From NCBI GenBank assembly GCA_963674945.2, contig CAXXWQ010000004.1, positions 1,664,001 to 1,728,000 of the forward strand: DNA of 64,000 nucleotides. Reading direction: 5' to 3'. The notes beneath the pieces were generated by a model, which did no database searches, was not told the DNA's origin, and saw nothing but the letters and a program-made list of their open reading frames with translations. Of this stretch, positions 11,001 to 19,753 are shown piece after piece. The position numbers and the translations under genes are program-made. This DNA is from an uncultured Desulfosarcina sp. (GTDB lineage Bacteria > Desulfobacterota > Desulfobacteria > Desulfobacterales > Desulfosarcinaceae). Every line of letters starts with the position of its first letter. Position 1 is the first letter of the stretch.

Positions 11001-12398
11001 CAGCGAAGGCGAATTGTGAACATTGATCTTTTCCGTTGCCAGCCATTCCACGCCGTTGGCAAAACCGAATCCTCCCTGTTCGGAGAGCAGCGCGCAAAGG
11101 GCGCATCGCATGCGGGCGTAAGTTTTCGAAGTAGCGGCCAGGCGAAGATTGTCATGGGTTTCGGCAAAATGGATGGTTGTTCCGTCGGACCTGGCGATCT
11201 CCATTGCACCGGGAAGGTAGTGCTCGATCTGCCCCCGTTCGTAATTTTGGAACAATTCACTGTAAGCCCAGTTGAAATCAGCCCGATTGAGAAGATCACG
11301 GGTGACGGAGATCTTTCCTCCCAGACCTTCCAGCAGGAAGATCGCATTGGGAAACTGGTCCCGGACCTTTGCGATCATATAGCGCCAGGCCGCCACGGGG
11401 ATCATGTAACCGGCATCGCACCGGAAACCGTCCACACCTCGCCGGCACCAGGTGAGAAATACATCGGCCATATACTGCCACAGTTCCCGGTGGGAGTAGT
11501 CCAGGCGGGTCAGGTCCGCCCAGACCACGCCCCAGGCACCGGGGTTTTCGATCTGGCCGTCCGGTTCCCGGGAAAGCCATTGGGGATGGGTTTCGTGGAG
11601 ACTGGCGGCCCAACCGGTATGGTTGATGGCGATATCGATAAACACCCGTGCCCCCTTGGCGTGGACGGCATCCACCAGCTCGATGAACTGCTCCAACGGG
11701 GTGGCCTTGGGATCGAATTCGGCCAGGGCAGGATCCACGGCGGTGAAACTCAAAGCCGCGTAGGGGCTGCCGAACCGGCCCATGCGCGCATAGGTGGTGG
11801 GGGTGGGATGAATGGGTAGAAGCTGAATGATCCGGCATCCCAGGTGGTCGATGATAAAATCCAGTTCCCCGATCAGATCCCGGAATGTTCCAGAGGGGGG
11901 AATGACCGTGTAGCCGGTCTCGTCCAGGTCCTTGACCCGTCGGTCCACGCTTTCCAGGCCGCCACTCTTGTTGGGACCGAATTGCCGAACGAAGGCGTTG
12001 TAGATGATGTTGGCGCAGCAGGCATCGGCCGGCGCCACGTTGATGGCGGTGTTGTCTCCTCTGGGCCACAGGGGATCGGTGCTGTCCGGTCTCAGGAAAT
12101 ACCCCTTGGCCTCGAAGTGCCCCACTTCGGTCAGGACGACGGTGAGGGTGAAGCAACCCTTCTTTCCACGGGTCATGGGAATATCGTACCAGGACCGGCC
12201 CAGTGGGTTTTCCAGCCGGTCCACCTGCCGGACGATCTCTCTTCGCACGCTTCGGCAATGCCCCAGGCTCGTCCTGAGCCAGGCCTGACCTTCCCACGCT
12301 TCGGGAACCGTCAGATGAAAGGTAACCGTGTCGCCGGCAAAATGAAGCTGCCTTTCGCCGGGCTCCGGAAACTGTCGGATGGCATCGGATTGGACCAT
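8070..12398 (-). CDS. Glycogen debranching enzyme: GH13 alpha-amylase domain fused to amylo-alpha-1,6-glucosidase
   Basis: N-terminal DIAINH, DGFRCDAG and ETHD. C-terminal IAGYPWFLDWGRDT, TWMD, YHNGTAW and QAWGV. Confidence 0.88.
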   Translation of the reverse strand: MVQSDAIRQFPEPGERQLHFAGDTVTFHLTVPEAWEGQAWLRTSLGHCRSVRREIVRQVDRLENPLGRSWYDIPMTRGKKGCFTLTVVLTEVGHFEAKGYFLRPDSTDPLWPRGDNTAINVAPADACCANIIYNAFVRQFGPNKSGGLESVDRRVKDLDETGYTVIPPSGTFRDLIGELDFIIDHLGCRIIQLLPIHPTPTTYARMGRFGSPYAALSFTAVDPALAEFDPKATPLEQFIELVDAVHAKGARVFIDIAINHTGWAASLHETHPQWLSREPDGQIENPGAWGVVWADLTRLDYSHRELWQYMADVFLTWCRRGVDGFRCDAGYMIPVAAWRYMIAKVRDQFPNAIFLLEGLGGKISVTRDLLNRADFNWAYSELFQNYERGQIEHYLPGAMEIARSDGTTIHFAETHDNLRLAATSKTYARMRCALCALLSEQGGFGFANGVEWLATEKINVHNSPSLNWGASDNQVDHIRRLNALLSAHPAFFHPVAVEMIQHGPGNVICAARRWKSHGKGLLVAVNLDAHVPTEAGWLKERSPLHSDSVMDLITGAQITVLEDGAMAKVALSPGQVLCLTDDPGELTPVIETQKRFPRYPERSRRQRLRAKVLSVWRYYRGVGDLGSWDVDEAAGRLRASPLDFCKWMNPEGETARTVLWRFPVDLRREVMVPPDHFLLVRVDHPFRAAVVENATVMAVEESFLDARGRSFVLFSPLPRPGRHKSRTLKLSVFDPKGAVHHNAPLLYLTTARRVRVRKTFARPKRHLSTIHMLGTNKRGGMCRAHAHWNRLVSRYDALLAANLSPSVPEDRCILLTRLRGWVVYQGFSQEIGPDCLDGFGFDFDGRASWQYHIPSGQGQHVVLRVGIRMIQGKNAIQMVFHRDPANGLADRLADDRPVTLILRPDIEDRNFHELTKAFTGPEKEFPAAIQPQEKGFVFQPTPGHALSLQTSLADFFPEPEWHYMVHRSQEAQRGQDPDSDLFSPGYFSGSLAGGKSEVLFARVLGEETAVESEGKDATDPLHWFFDASPSWEPPVDALKKALDQYIVRRDEYQTVIAGYPWFLDWGRDTLIVVRGIIAAGHLSDALSIILQFASFASEGTIPNMIRGNDTGNRDTSDAPLWLFRVCDELGREMGQRRVLDTDCKGRPLRRVLHEIARAMVAGTPNGIAMDAQSALLFSPSHFTWMDTNYPAGTPRMGYPVEIQALWHGALAYLGREDEKAHRERWQHLARQVRRSVEKLFFDQARGYLSDCLHAQPGTPAAEAVPDNALRPNQLFALTLGTITDRAMAEHILFACQELIVPGAIRSLADRPVAPPLPIYHDGNLVNDPNAPYVGIYGGDEDTSRKPAYHNGTAWTWVFPSFCEAWALCFGPGECETALSWLASAVRLINDGCVGHMPEIVDGDAPHHQRGCDAQAWGVSELLRVWIAIEEIKRTNKNAGSNG

Positions 12399-12452
12399 GG
12401 CTGGAACCCTCGTCTATCGTAAAATCGTACTGATAAAACAAAACATAGGGAT

Positions 12453-12555
12453 TTGAACATCGAATTTCCAACATCGAACGTGGAATAAGGAATTTTGTCT
12501 TTTTGATAAAAACGATGGAGCGAAGCGATCGTATATTTGGACGTTCGATGTTCAA
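12453..12555. repeat. Intergenic AACATCG/CGATGTT inverted repeat element
   Basis: TTGAACATCGAA...TTCGATGTTCAA inverted ends with an internal second AACATCGAACG copy. Confidence 0.55.
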
Positions 12556-12676
12556 TGCTCGTTGTTTTTAAAGATCTACTTTCTGAAATATTGTCTCACC
12601 GGATCGGTTTGAACCTTTTCGGGTCGATCGGACCTGGCCCGTGATGCAATGAGTTGCAATGCAATCGCCTACCCCC

Positions 12677-13996
12677 TCATCGCCGTACCAACCGCATGGC
12701 AAAAAGCACCCCTGTCACCAGGAAAAGGCCCGCCGCCAGGGTCAGCGGGAATCCAACGAAGGTCTCTTTAAAAACCAGGTTCTCTACATCCTGCACGCCA
12801 GCCATGTCTACGCCTTTTTTCTGCATCGCCAAACCCCAGGCATACACCATACCGATAAGTCCATAGCTTATGTTGAAAGCCAATCCCTTGAAACTGAGTA
12901 CCGTTGCCCGATGGGACGATTCGGTATGCCCGTTGATGAAATAGCTGACAAAAAAACCCACCATGGAAAGGGCCGAAAAGGCCACCAGTGCCGGTGCCAC
13001 TCCCACATAAGGCCAGAAGAAGGCCATTGTTGTCAAACCGCAAAGGGCCACGGCCGCCGTCGATACGAGGCAAAAGGTCGCCGATCGCCGCTGTGCAATG
13101 AAATGGGCCAGACGGGGAATGAAGAGCCCGACCAGGGCCATGACCGAACCCAGCACGCCAAAAATCGACTCGGGTAATTGTATCATGCGATAGTACTGGC
13201 TGGCCAGGGTTATGACCATGCGAAGCAGTCCGTCCAGCAACATGCCGAACAGGATCACGGCCAGAACGAAGGGTGTGTGCAATATCCATCGACCCGAGGC
13301 CAAGGTGAGCCTGAACGCCCCCCATACACTTCCGTCCGTGTCCCCATCGTCCGCATCGCGATTTGGGGATCGTTCACCGGTCTCCGTAAGCCGCAGGACG
13401 GCAGCCATGGAAAAAAGGGATAGAACAAAGGTAAGGTAGAGGGGAAACCGAAGGGTGTCGGCCTGGGTGACGATTCGATCCGAACCGAATATTGCCATGA
13501 CCCGTGTCACCAGACTCGGATCATAGATGGCGGCGCCAGCGGTCATGGCGAAAATGAATGCAACCGATCGCATGCGCATCTCCATGTCCAGAACGCGTCC
13601 CCACTGGTCAGCCATCTTCCTTTCCTGCAGGGCATCGTAGGCGATGGCCTCGTCTGCGCCGCTGGCAGCCGCCTCGGCAAGACCGCTGAGCACGCGGTTG
13701 ACCGAGAAAAAGAGAAACAGGACATTGACATTTCCCCGTGGCGCCAGGCAGAGGACCGCCATCTCCACCACCATGCATGCGGCGGCAAAAATCAGCAGCC
13801 GGCGCCGCCCCACGATATCGGCCAGGGCCCCGGACGGCACTTCGGCGAGTACGATGGTTGCCGCCCAGATGGCATTGAGAATGGAAAACTGGGCTATGGT
13901 AAGACCGAAATCCAGAAACAGCACCGTAAAGATCGGATAGTAGAACCGACAATTGAAAAACACGCGAAAGGCGATGTACATGCGTACGTTCTTCAC
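12677..13996 (-). CDS. MFS transporter
   Basis: Multiple TM helices. MFS motif A (EVPSGALADIVGRRR) and SGADEA. Confidence 0.88.
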   Translation of the reverse strand: MKNVRMYIAFRVFFNCRFYYPIFTVLFLDFGLTIAQFSILNAIWAATIVLAEVPSGALADIVGRRRLLIFAAACMVVEMAVLCLAPRGNVNVLFLFFSVNRVLSGLAEAAASGADEAIAYDALQERKMADQWGRVLDMEMRMRSVAFIFAMTAGAAIYDPSLVTRVMAIFGSDRIVTQADTLRFPLYLTFVLSLFSMAAVLRLTETGERSPNRDADDGDTDGSVWGAFRLTLASGRWILHTPFVLAVILFGMLLDGLLRMVITLASQYYRMIQLPESIFGVLGSVMALVGLFIPRLAHFIAQRRSATFCLVSTAAVALCGLTTMAFFWPYVGVAPALVAFSALSMVGFFVSYFINGHTESSHRATVLSFKGLAFNISYGLIGMVYAWGLAMQKKGVDMAGVQDVENLVFKETFVGFPLTLAAGLFLVTGVLFAMRLVRR

Positions 13997-14109
13997 CGCA
14001 AATGGCGAGGTCGTGGCAAAGCTGGCGGCTTCTGGTTTCAGGGTGCTATCCTTTGTTTCGATGGTCCAAGGCAGAAAAAGAGGATGTATTCACATGATGG
14101 GGGCAAAAA

Positions 14110-14138
14110 TTGACAAAATCAAGGCAGGTTCATACTAT
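14110..14138 (+). promoter_or_regulatory. Sigma70-like promoter of the cupin gene
   Basis: TTGACA-N17-TACTAT. Confidence 0.55.
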
Positions 14139-14197
14139 TTCATGAAAAAATAACACCTGCTCCGGGCTGAAAACCAATTTACCCGAAAGGATCATCC

Positions 14198-14557
14198 ATG
14201 CTCACGAAAATCCGTCAGCCAAGCATCATCGAAGCCCACGGCACCAAGGCCAAACGAATCGAGGAATATATCGGCCGGGTCAACTCCGGGACCGCTTCGG
14301 TAAGCGTCGCCCGCATGGTGTCGCCGCCCGGGTGGATGGAGCCCGGCCAGCGGCCGGCGTTCGCCGAATACACCGTCGTTCTCAAGGGCCGACTGCGTGT
14401 CGAGGCCGAAGACGAAATCATGGATATCCGGGCCGGTGAAGCGGTCATTGCACCTGCCGGCCAGTGGGTGCGCTACAGCACGCCGGAACCGGAAGGCGCC
14501 GAATATATCGCCGTCTGCCTGCCCGCCTTTTCACCGGAAACGGTTCATCGGGAATGA
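14198..14557 (+). CDS. Cupin domain protein
   Basis: EPGQRPxFxEYTVVLKG and WVRYSTP cupin signature. AAGGA RBS. Confidence 0.85.
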   Translation: MLTKIRQPSIIEAHGTKAKRIEEYIGRVNSGTASVSVARMVSPPGWMEPGQRPAFAEYTVVLKGRLRVEAEDEIMDIRAGEAVIAPAGQWVRYSTPEPEGAEYIAVCLPAFSPETVHRE

Positions 14558-14574
14558 TTTCATGATTCTATTGG

Positions 14575-14825
14575 CTCACGCGAAGATGCGAAGCCGCTAA
14601 GAAATGAATGTATAACATTCCGGGTCTCCAGAGCACCCGATGTTGGACTTTTTTGGGAAGGGTGGGGAAAGGCTACAGTTTTTATGGTGGTAAAAAAGTA
14701 TAGTAATCTCACGCAAAGACCTTTAGATGCCAAGAGAGAAAACGTACCAAACGCCCCTCTTCGCGTTCTCCGCGCCTTCGCGTGAGTTCCTGGTTTTATC
14801 CGTGTCGTTGCGTCTTCGCGTGAGA
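14575..14825. repeat. REP-like CTCACGCGAAGA / TCTTCGCGTGAG repeat cluster
   Basis: CTCACGC(G/A)AAGA near 14575 and 14708. Reverse complements CTTCGCGTGAG near 14776 and 14814. A degenerate copy lies near 15240. Confidence 0.6.
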
Positions 14826-14836
14826 CCCTGTCTCGG

Positions 14837-15109
14837 TTATACCGCTTCCCTCAATTTTTTGCCGGCTTTGAATTTGACCACATTGCGAGCCGCGATGCGG
14901 ATCGGTTCGCCGGTCATGGGATTTCTCCCCATATGTTCTTCGCGGTGGTTTTTCAAAAAAGTTCCGAAGCCGGGCAGGGTAACCTTGCCCTTATCGATGG
15001 AAAGGGCCTTGGTGATTCCCCCGATCAGGGATTGCATGGCTTCACGGGCCGCCTGGTCGGAAATTCCGGCATCCTTGGCTATCTGTTTGATCAATTCGGA
15101 TTTGTTCAT
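14837..15109 (-). CDS. HU family DNA-binding protein
   Basis: MNKSELIKQIA...GFGTF...GRNPMTGE...FKAGKKL. GGAG RBS. Confidence 0.92.
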   Translation of the reverse strand: MNKSELIKQIAKDAGISDQAAREAMQSLIGGITKALSIDKGKVTLPGFGTFLKNHREEHMGRNPMTGEPIRIAARNVVKFKAGKKLREAV

Positions 15110-15292
15110 TTTTATCGCTCCTATTGGATATGATGTTTTAAAAGGTTGATAAGAAAGAATGAGAATTCCGGGTTCTTGTTCTGAATTCAGGCTCCTGAAT
15201 TCCCGAAGCAATACCTCTGAACTGAATAGTATAACTCTTTGCGTCTTTGCATGAGATATCTTATGGCAGCAGAAATGAATCCGGTGCGTCTT

Positions 15293-15655
15293 CTACCCGA
15301 CGCTTCTTTCGTAGGCTTCACGACGACTCTTGCATGCAATGCAATAGCTGGTCACCGGCCTTGCCTTGAGGCGCTCGATGGGGATCGGCTCCTCACAATC
15401 CTGGCAGATTCCGTAGGTGCCCTCCTCGATGGCTTCCAGGCTGGATTTAATCTTTTTGATCAGGCGGCTTTCCCGGCTTCGTATCCGATACATGCCGTCG
15501 CGGCCATTATCGATAGTAGCCCGGTCCAAGGGATCCGGTTCCCCATCCGAGGATGTCCCCAGTATCTCCAGGACGGTGGTTTCCGCCTTGGCGAGCAAAA
15601 GCGTCAACTCATCCTCTAGCAATTGACGAAACATTTCCAACTCTTCTGGTGTCAT
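15293..15655 (-). CDS. dksA: RNA polymerase-binding protein DksA family
   Basis: DPLDRA (DxxDxA) coiled-coil tip and C4 zinc finger YGICQDC...RLKARP...CIAC. Confidence 0.85.
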   Translation of the reverse strand: MTPEELEMFRQLLEDELTLLLAKAETTVLEILGTSSDGEPDPLDRATIDNGRDGMYRIRSRESRLIKKIKSSLEAIEEGTYGICQDCEEPIPIERLKARPVTSYCIACKSRREAYERSVG

Positions 15656-15759
15656 ATCAAACCGTTCGGTTTTGAAGAGAAATCCGTATTAGAGATCGAT
15701 TTTACAGCCAAAACGCCATCACCAACGCGGGCAAGACACTGTCGACTCGTTGATTTCCT

Positions 15760-16023
15760 TCATTCTGTAAACGCCGTAGCATCCAGCAATTCAAATTTTT
15801 TGATATTAATCATCCGGTGAACCTTTTTCCCGCTTTTCACGATGCCGGTGGCACGAATCGGTTGCTGAACCAGATCCAGAAAGCGTTCGCCGTTTTCGAT
15901 AATGTATTCTTCATCATCCGTTGCCGAAAGCGAGACCTCTGAAACCTGGTCGTTTTCATCCCATTCATGGGGTGTGACGATGCCAACCAGTGTTTGCATG
16001 GATTCTCTGATTTTCTTTTTCAT
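15760..16023 (-). CDS. Hypothetical protein (possible OB fold)
   Basis: 87-aa ORF with GGAG RBS and beta-rich acidic pattern. Confidence 0.6.
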   Translation of the reverse strand: MKKKIRESMQTLVGIVTPHEWDENDQVSEVSLSATDDEEYIIENGERFLDLVQQPIRATGIVKSGKKVHRMINIKKFELLDATAFTE

Positions 16024-16080
16024 GTGCGCTCCGATGAAAGATGAGGGGCTCTCAACCAGTCACGGTGTGAGCCCGGAATC

Positions 16081-16371
16081 CTATTCCGCCAATGTCTGAA
16101 AAGAAGTAACGAAGAGTATCAGGGTTTCGTCATCCTTTTCGACCGTACCCGCCACCTTGACCTTCTCGCCGGCATGTTCTTCCACGAGTAAATTACCCTG
16201 GGCGGTATCGGCGATTTCATAGGATTGACCATCGTCGCCTACAAGCTGGTACATATCGTTCACCTCGCCCACGATGTTCACCGCCTCATTTGCGATGCCA
16301 CTTGATGCCCACATCGTAGCCATGACAATAATCCACAACACAAATACGTTTTTCGCTACTCCCCTTCGCAT
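16081..16371 (-). CDS. Hypothetical secreted protein (possible OB fold)
   Basis: AGGAG RBS, signal-peptide-like N-terminus, GEKVKVAGTV. Confidence 0.6.
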   Translation of the reverse strand: MRRGVAKNVFVLWIIVMATMWASSGIANEAVNIVGEVNDMYQLVGDDGQSYEIADTAQGNLLVEEHAGEKVKVAGTVEKDDETLILFVTSFQTLAE

Positions 16372-16465
16372 CAGCACTTCTCCTTTTCTGAAAGTTCGAT
16401 TTTCTACGATTGACCACTGAAAAATATAGCGCATCAAATAATACAGCAATGACCACGCCAACTTT

Positions 16466-18160
16466 TTAACATATTGGTATGTAAGTGATTATTGAGTTTG
16501 CATGCCGATATGGGGAGAAAAACAGGTCATTTGGATTCCGCTTTTTTACAAACCGGAACCGATGATTCCGAATCATGCCGGCGTATTCAGGGCATTCACC
16601 ATCAGGCGGCGATCCTGGGATCCATGGACGGATCGGCAGGTGAACCCTTGCATGGGGCATGGGAGTTTTCAGTACGCTTGCATACTGGTCGACGATCTTT
16701 TGTACCCACGCATCTGTGCCATGGTTCACCATACTCTCGGCCATGATTCGTTTCACCTGTCGGATTTTGTAAGCAGTCGGCCGCCGGTAAAACGCCATGG
16801 CCTGATCCAGGGCCCAAAGTAATCCCGGCCGATCGAAATCACGGAAAAAAAACCCGCTTCCGCCATCGGTATCCGTGTTCAACAAGGTGACACCATCGTG
16901 AACCGCCCCCCCATCGTAGGTGATGGGAATGCTGCCATAGCACTGACCGATTTTGCAGGAAAGCGCTATGGCGTTGCAAAAGGATGGCATAAGCACGAAA
17001 TCCGATCCGGCACAGGCCAGCCGGTATCGCCTAGCGTCGAAATCGCACACCGTGGCACGCTTTGAAGCATGCAGTCGTTGGATCATTCCGCGCAAATGAT
17101 CCTGGAAATCACCGTCGGCAACAAACACGATCTGAAGACGCGGCTCCCGGTACCGCGCAAGAATGTCGGCCAGGGTATCGGCCATCAGGCGGCAACCGGG
17201 ACGGGAGCCGTCCAGCCGGGACGGCCAGAGACACACCGGCGACGTGGTATCCATGGAAAGGTTCAAAATTTCCTGAAGATGCAACTTGTTGAAAAGCTTG
17301 CCGGGATAATGGTCCTCGGGTCCGTAGGATCGCATCAGGTCAGCGTCATTGGCAGGATTGAAGGAGGCATCCGGGACCGGTGCCAATGCGCAAAGACGAT
17401 CGGCCCGTAACTTGCCGGCCAATTCGATCTTCAGCCCGCCATCGATCCGGCCATCGCCGGTATCCATCAACCATTTTTGAAACGTTTCACTACATGTGAA
17501 GACGGATTGAGCGGCAAACACACCAGTGGTCAACAGGTCCAAGGGGTTGGCATTGCGGGTTTCTTCGTAACTGGCCGGCATGCGCGCGTAAAAGCAGTGC
17601 CGCCAGAATGTTGCGGCATCGATGCCCCGCTCTTCGATGGTCGACAGAAGCAGTCTCGCCGAATCCGTTCGATGGAAGGTGAAGAAACAGGGAATGCCCA
17701 TCTGGCGTGCCATGGCCGGTACCAGCCCCGTCATCCAGCCGAAGCAGTGGATCAGGTCCGGTCGCACTTCCGGGATGATGCGGTTGATCACTTCCCGCTG
17801 AAAGGCAAGGGAGATGCGGAGATTGTCCCAGTTTGCCGTCAGAGATAATTTGGAATGGTGGTAAAAGGAGCAGTCTTGGGCAAGATGGATACGATGAAAG
17901 GGTGGTTCGTCATCTCGCCGGGAAATATCGCGTCCCGTCGTCCCACGGGCGCAGGCCCTGAAAATGTCGCGGTAGTTGGGCAGGGCCAGGTGCACATCCA
18001 TTCCACAGTTCAAAAACGCATGGATCTGTAATGCGCAGATGTCGCCGAGTCCGCCGGCACGGGCGGAAATGGCGTGCCACTTCGGCCCCATACCCTGCGG
18101 GACGGTGGTCACTTCCGGAGTGACGATCAACAATCGAAATGGACGATTACGACGGGTCAT
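16466..18160 (-). CDS. Glycogen synthase paralog, divergent (possibly catalytically inactive)
   Basis: Colinear with glgA at 3585-5096 (TPEV, AGGL, SLAFQREVIN, RGIDAA, WPSRLD), but key residues are altered. Confidence 0.8.
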   Translation of the reverse strand: MTRRNRPFRLLIVTPEVTTVPQGMGPKWHAISARAGGLGDICALQIHAFLNCGMDVHLALPNYRDIFRACARGTTGRDISRRDDEPPFHRIHLAQDCSFYHHSKLSLTANWDNLRISLAFQREVINRIIPEVRPDLIHCFGWMTGLVPAMARQMGIPCFFTFHRTDSARLLLSTIEERGIDAATFWRHCFYARMPASYEETRNANPLDLLTTGVFAAQSVFTCSETFQKWLMDTGDGRIDGGLKIELAGKLRADRLCALAPVPDASFNPANDADLMRSYGPEDHYPGKLFNKLHLQEILNLSMDTTSPVCLWPSRLDGSRPGCRLMADTLADILARYREPRLQIVFVADGDFQDHLRGMIQRLHASKRATVCDFDARRYRLACAGSDFVLMPSFCNAIALSCKIGQCYGSIPITYDGGAVHDGVTLLNTDTDGGSGFFFRDFDRPGLLWALDQAMAFYRRPTAYKIRQVKRIMAESMVNHGTDAWVQKIVDQYASVLKTPMPHARVHLPIRPWIPGSPPDGECPEYAGMIRNHRFRFVKKRNPNDLFFSPYRHANSIITYIPIC

Positions 18161-18628
18161 GCCTTCTTCTCCCTCGGCCCGGCGATTCGATTCCGGCAAA
18201 GGGTGGGATTATAAGATCGGCTATTAAAGACCGTAAACAGACCAACCGGTTTTAATAAAAGATTGTACTGAAATGGAACCGTCGCTGTTCTATGGGGAAT
18301 TGGCGATCGCTGGGTGTTTGCAAGGAGTCAGGGTTTTGGAAACCGTGGGCAGTCGTTGGCAAATGACCGCTGGAGTTTCGAATCAATGCGCATAAATAAT
18401 TTGTATAAAAGCCCCCTGGATCTGTCAACTGATTTTGTCTTGTCGTTCTGCACGGTATCACGGCAAAGATGCCCACAGGCTATCGAAATAGAATTTATTT
18501 CAAAAAATTCTGTAACTATTTTTCCTTTTGGTTGTTATATCAGAATGAAATCTAAATAATAAATGCCCCACGCAGCGTGCAAACCTCAGGAAGAAAAAGC
18601 AATCAAGAAAAGAAAATAACACGGTTGT

Positions 18629-18689
18629 AGCGACGAGACGCGAACCCGCAACCGTCCCGCTTGTCAAGCGGGGCGTTCAAACCAAACTG
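18629..18689 (-). pseudogene. Degenerate tRNA-Asp-like relic
   Basis: AGCGACGAGACGCGAACCCGCAACC...GGCGTTCAAACCAAACTG aligns to tRNA-Asp (30024-30101) with substitutions and no acceptor stem. Confidence 0.6.
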
Positions 18690-18734
18690 CCCGCTCTTGG
18701 CTTCGAACTGTTTTTATTTCCTGCGACCATAACA

Positions 18735-18764
18735 AAAAAGCCTGTCACCGCAGGGTAACAGGCT
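18735..18764 (-). terminator. Rho-independent terminator (probable original tRNA-Asp terminator)
   Basis: AGCCTGTTACC...GGTGACAGGCT hairpin plus T-tract on the minus strand, just past the att copy. Confidence 0.6.
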
Positions 18765-18766
18765 AT

Positions 18767-18814
18767 AAGTGGCGGGAGCGACGAGACTCGAACTCGCGAC
18801 CTCCGGCGTGACAG
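18767..18814 (-). repeat. att site (duplicated 3' half of tRNA-Asp)
   Basis: AAGTGGCGGGAGCGACGAGACTCGAACTCGCGACCTCCGGCGTGACAG is identical to 30021-30068. Confidence 0.95.
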
Positions 18815-18863
18815 AACGACCCAAGCGTATTTTCACCTTTATTTACCGCACATTAGAAACACC

Positions 18864-18906
18864 AAAAGCCGTTTAGAGCCGTTAAAAGCCGTCTAAAAAG
18901 CCGTCA
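18864..18906. promoter_or_regulatory. Integrase arm-type sites (4x AGCCGT core)
   Basis: Tandem AAAAGCCGTY-like repeats, also present at the other end of the element (29935-29957). Confidence 0.65.
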
Positions 18907-19321
18907 GCCCATCCGGCCCCAACCGGTGCCTTCAAGCCCCACTCCGCTCATCCCCATCTGCCAAGCAGGGATGATTGTCGACGTTGACAATCCCAGCCAA
19001 CCTTTTCGAACCGGCCGAAAAATAATCGCCCCGACCGTCATCACCGATTACACCGCAGAGTGAGTGTCACAGGCTCCCGTGACAGTGTAATGACAAACGT
19101 AACGCGAAAGTGTAATGAAACGGCAAAAAGTGTAAAATAAACGTAATTACAGGGGGATGGCGATTACAGTAGCCATCCCCCTCATCAAGCCAAGGCATAG
19201 ATACATCCTCAATAAAACTAACAAAAAAACAGGCGTAAATAGTCAGAAATCTTGACAAATTTCACTCTTATGATACATAGGGACCATCCTCGATTGTTTT
19301 CACTCTAACCACAAAAATTGT

Positions 19322-19753
19322 ATGGACACCCTTTCCCCAAAAGAACGTAGCGAACGTATGTCAATGATTCGGGGCAAGGATTCGAAACCTGAAATGAAGC
19401 TCAGGCGTCTTGTTCACGGAATGGGGTTCCGGTATCGCCTGCACGTAAAGGATTTGCCAGGAAAACCAGATCTTGTCTTCAAATCCAGGAAGGCCGTCAT
19501 TTTCGTTCATGGATGCTTCTGGCATCGACACGGGGGATGCAAACTGGCACGCATACCCAAGTCAAGGGTTGACTTCTGGACTGAAAAACTGGAATCAAAT
19601 AGAATACGGGATAACCTTGTTAGGGAACAACTACGACAGGCTGGTTGGCGGGTACTTGTGGTATGGGAATGTCAGTTGAGGGGGGACCCAGCCAAAACAT
19701 CGAAAATAGTTGAGGACTTCCTGACCAAAGCAGATCGAGAGGTAAGAAAATGA
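19322..19753 (+). CDS. vsr: Very short patch repair endonuclease
   Basis: RSERMSMIRGKDSKPE, LPGKPDLVF, FVHGCFWH and VWEC. Confidence 0.93.
   Translation: MDTLSPKERSERMSMIRGKDSKPEMKLRRLVHGMGFRYRLHVKDLPGKPDLVFKSRKAVIFVHGCFWHRHGGCKLARIPKSRVDFWTEKLESNRIRDNLVREQLRQAGWRVLVVWECQLRGDPAKTSKIVEDFLTKADREVRK

Noticed and set aside
11296..12555. 419-aa alternative-frame ORF starting MNIERPNIR
   Set aside because: Its start derives from an intergenic repeat and the rest overlaps the debranching enzyme out of frame.
18864..18906. Possible CRISPR or mini-array
   Set aside because: Units are 10-12 bp with no spacers and no cas genes. They are better explained as integrase arm sites. No CRISPR array was seen in the window.
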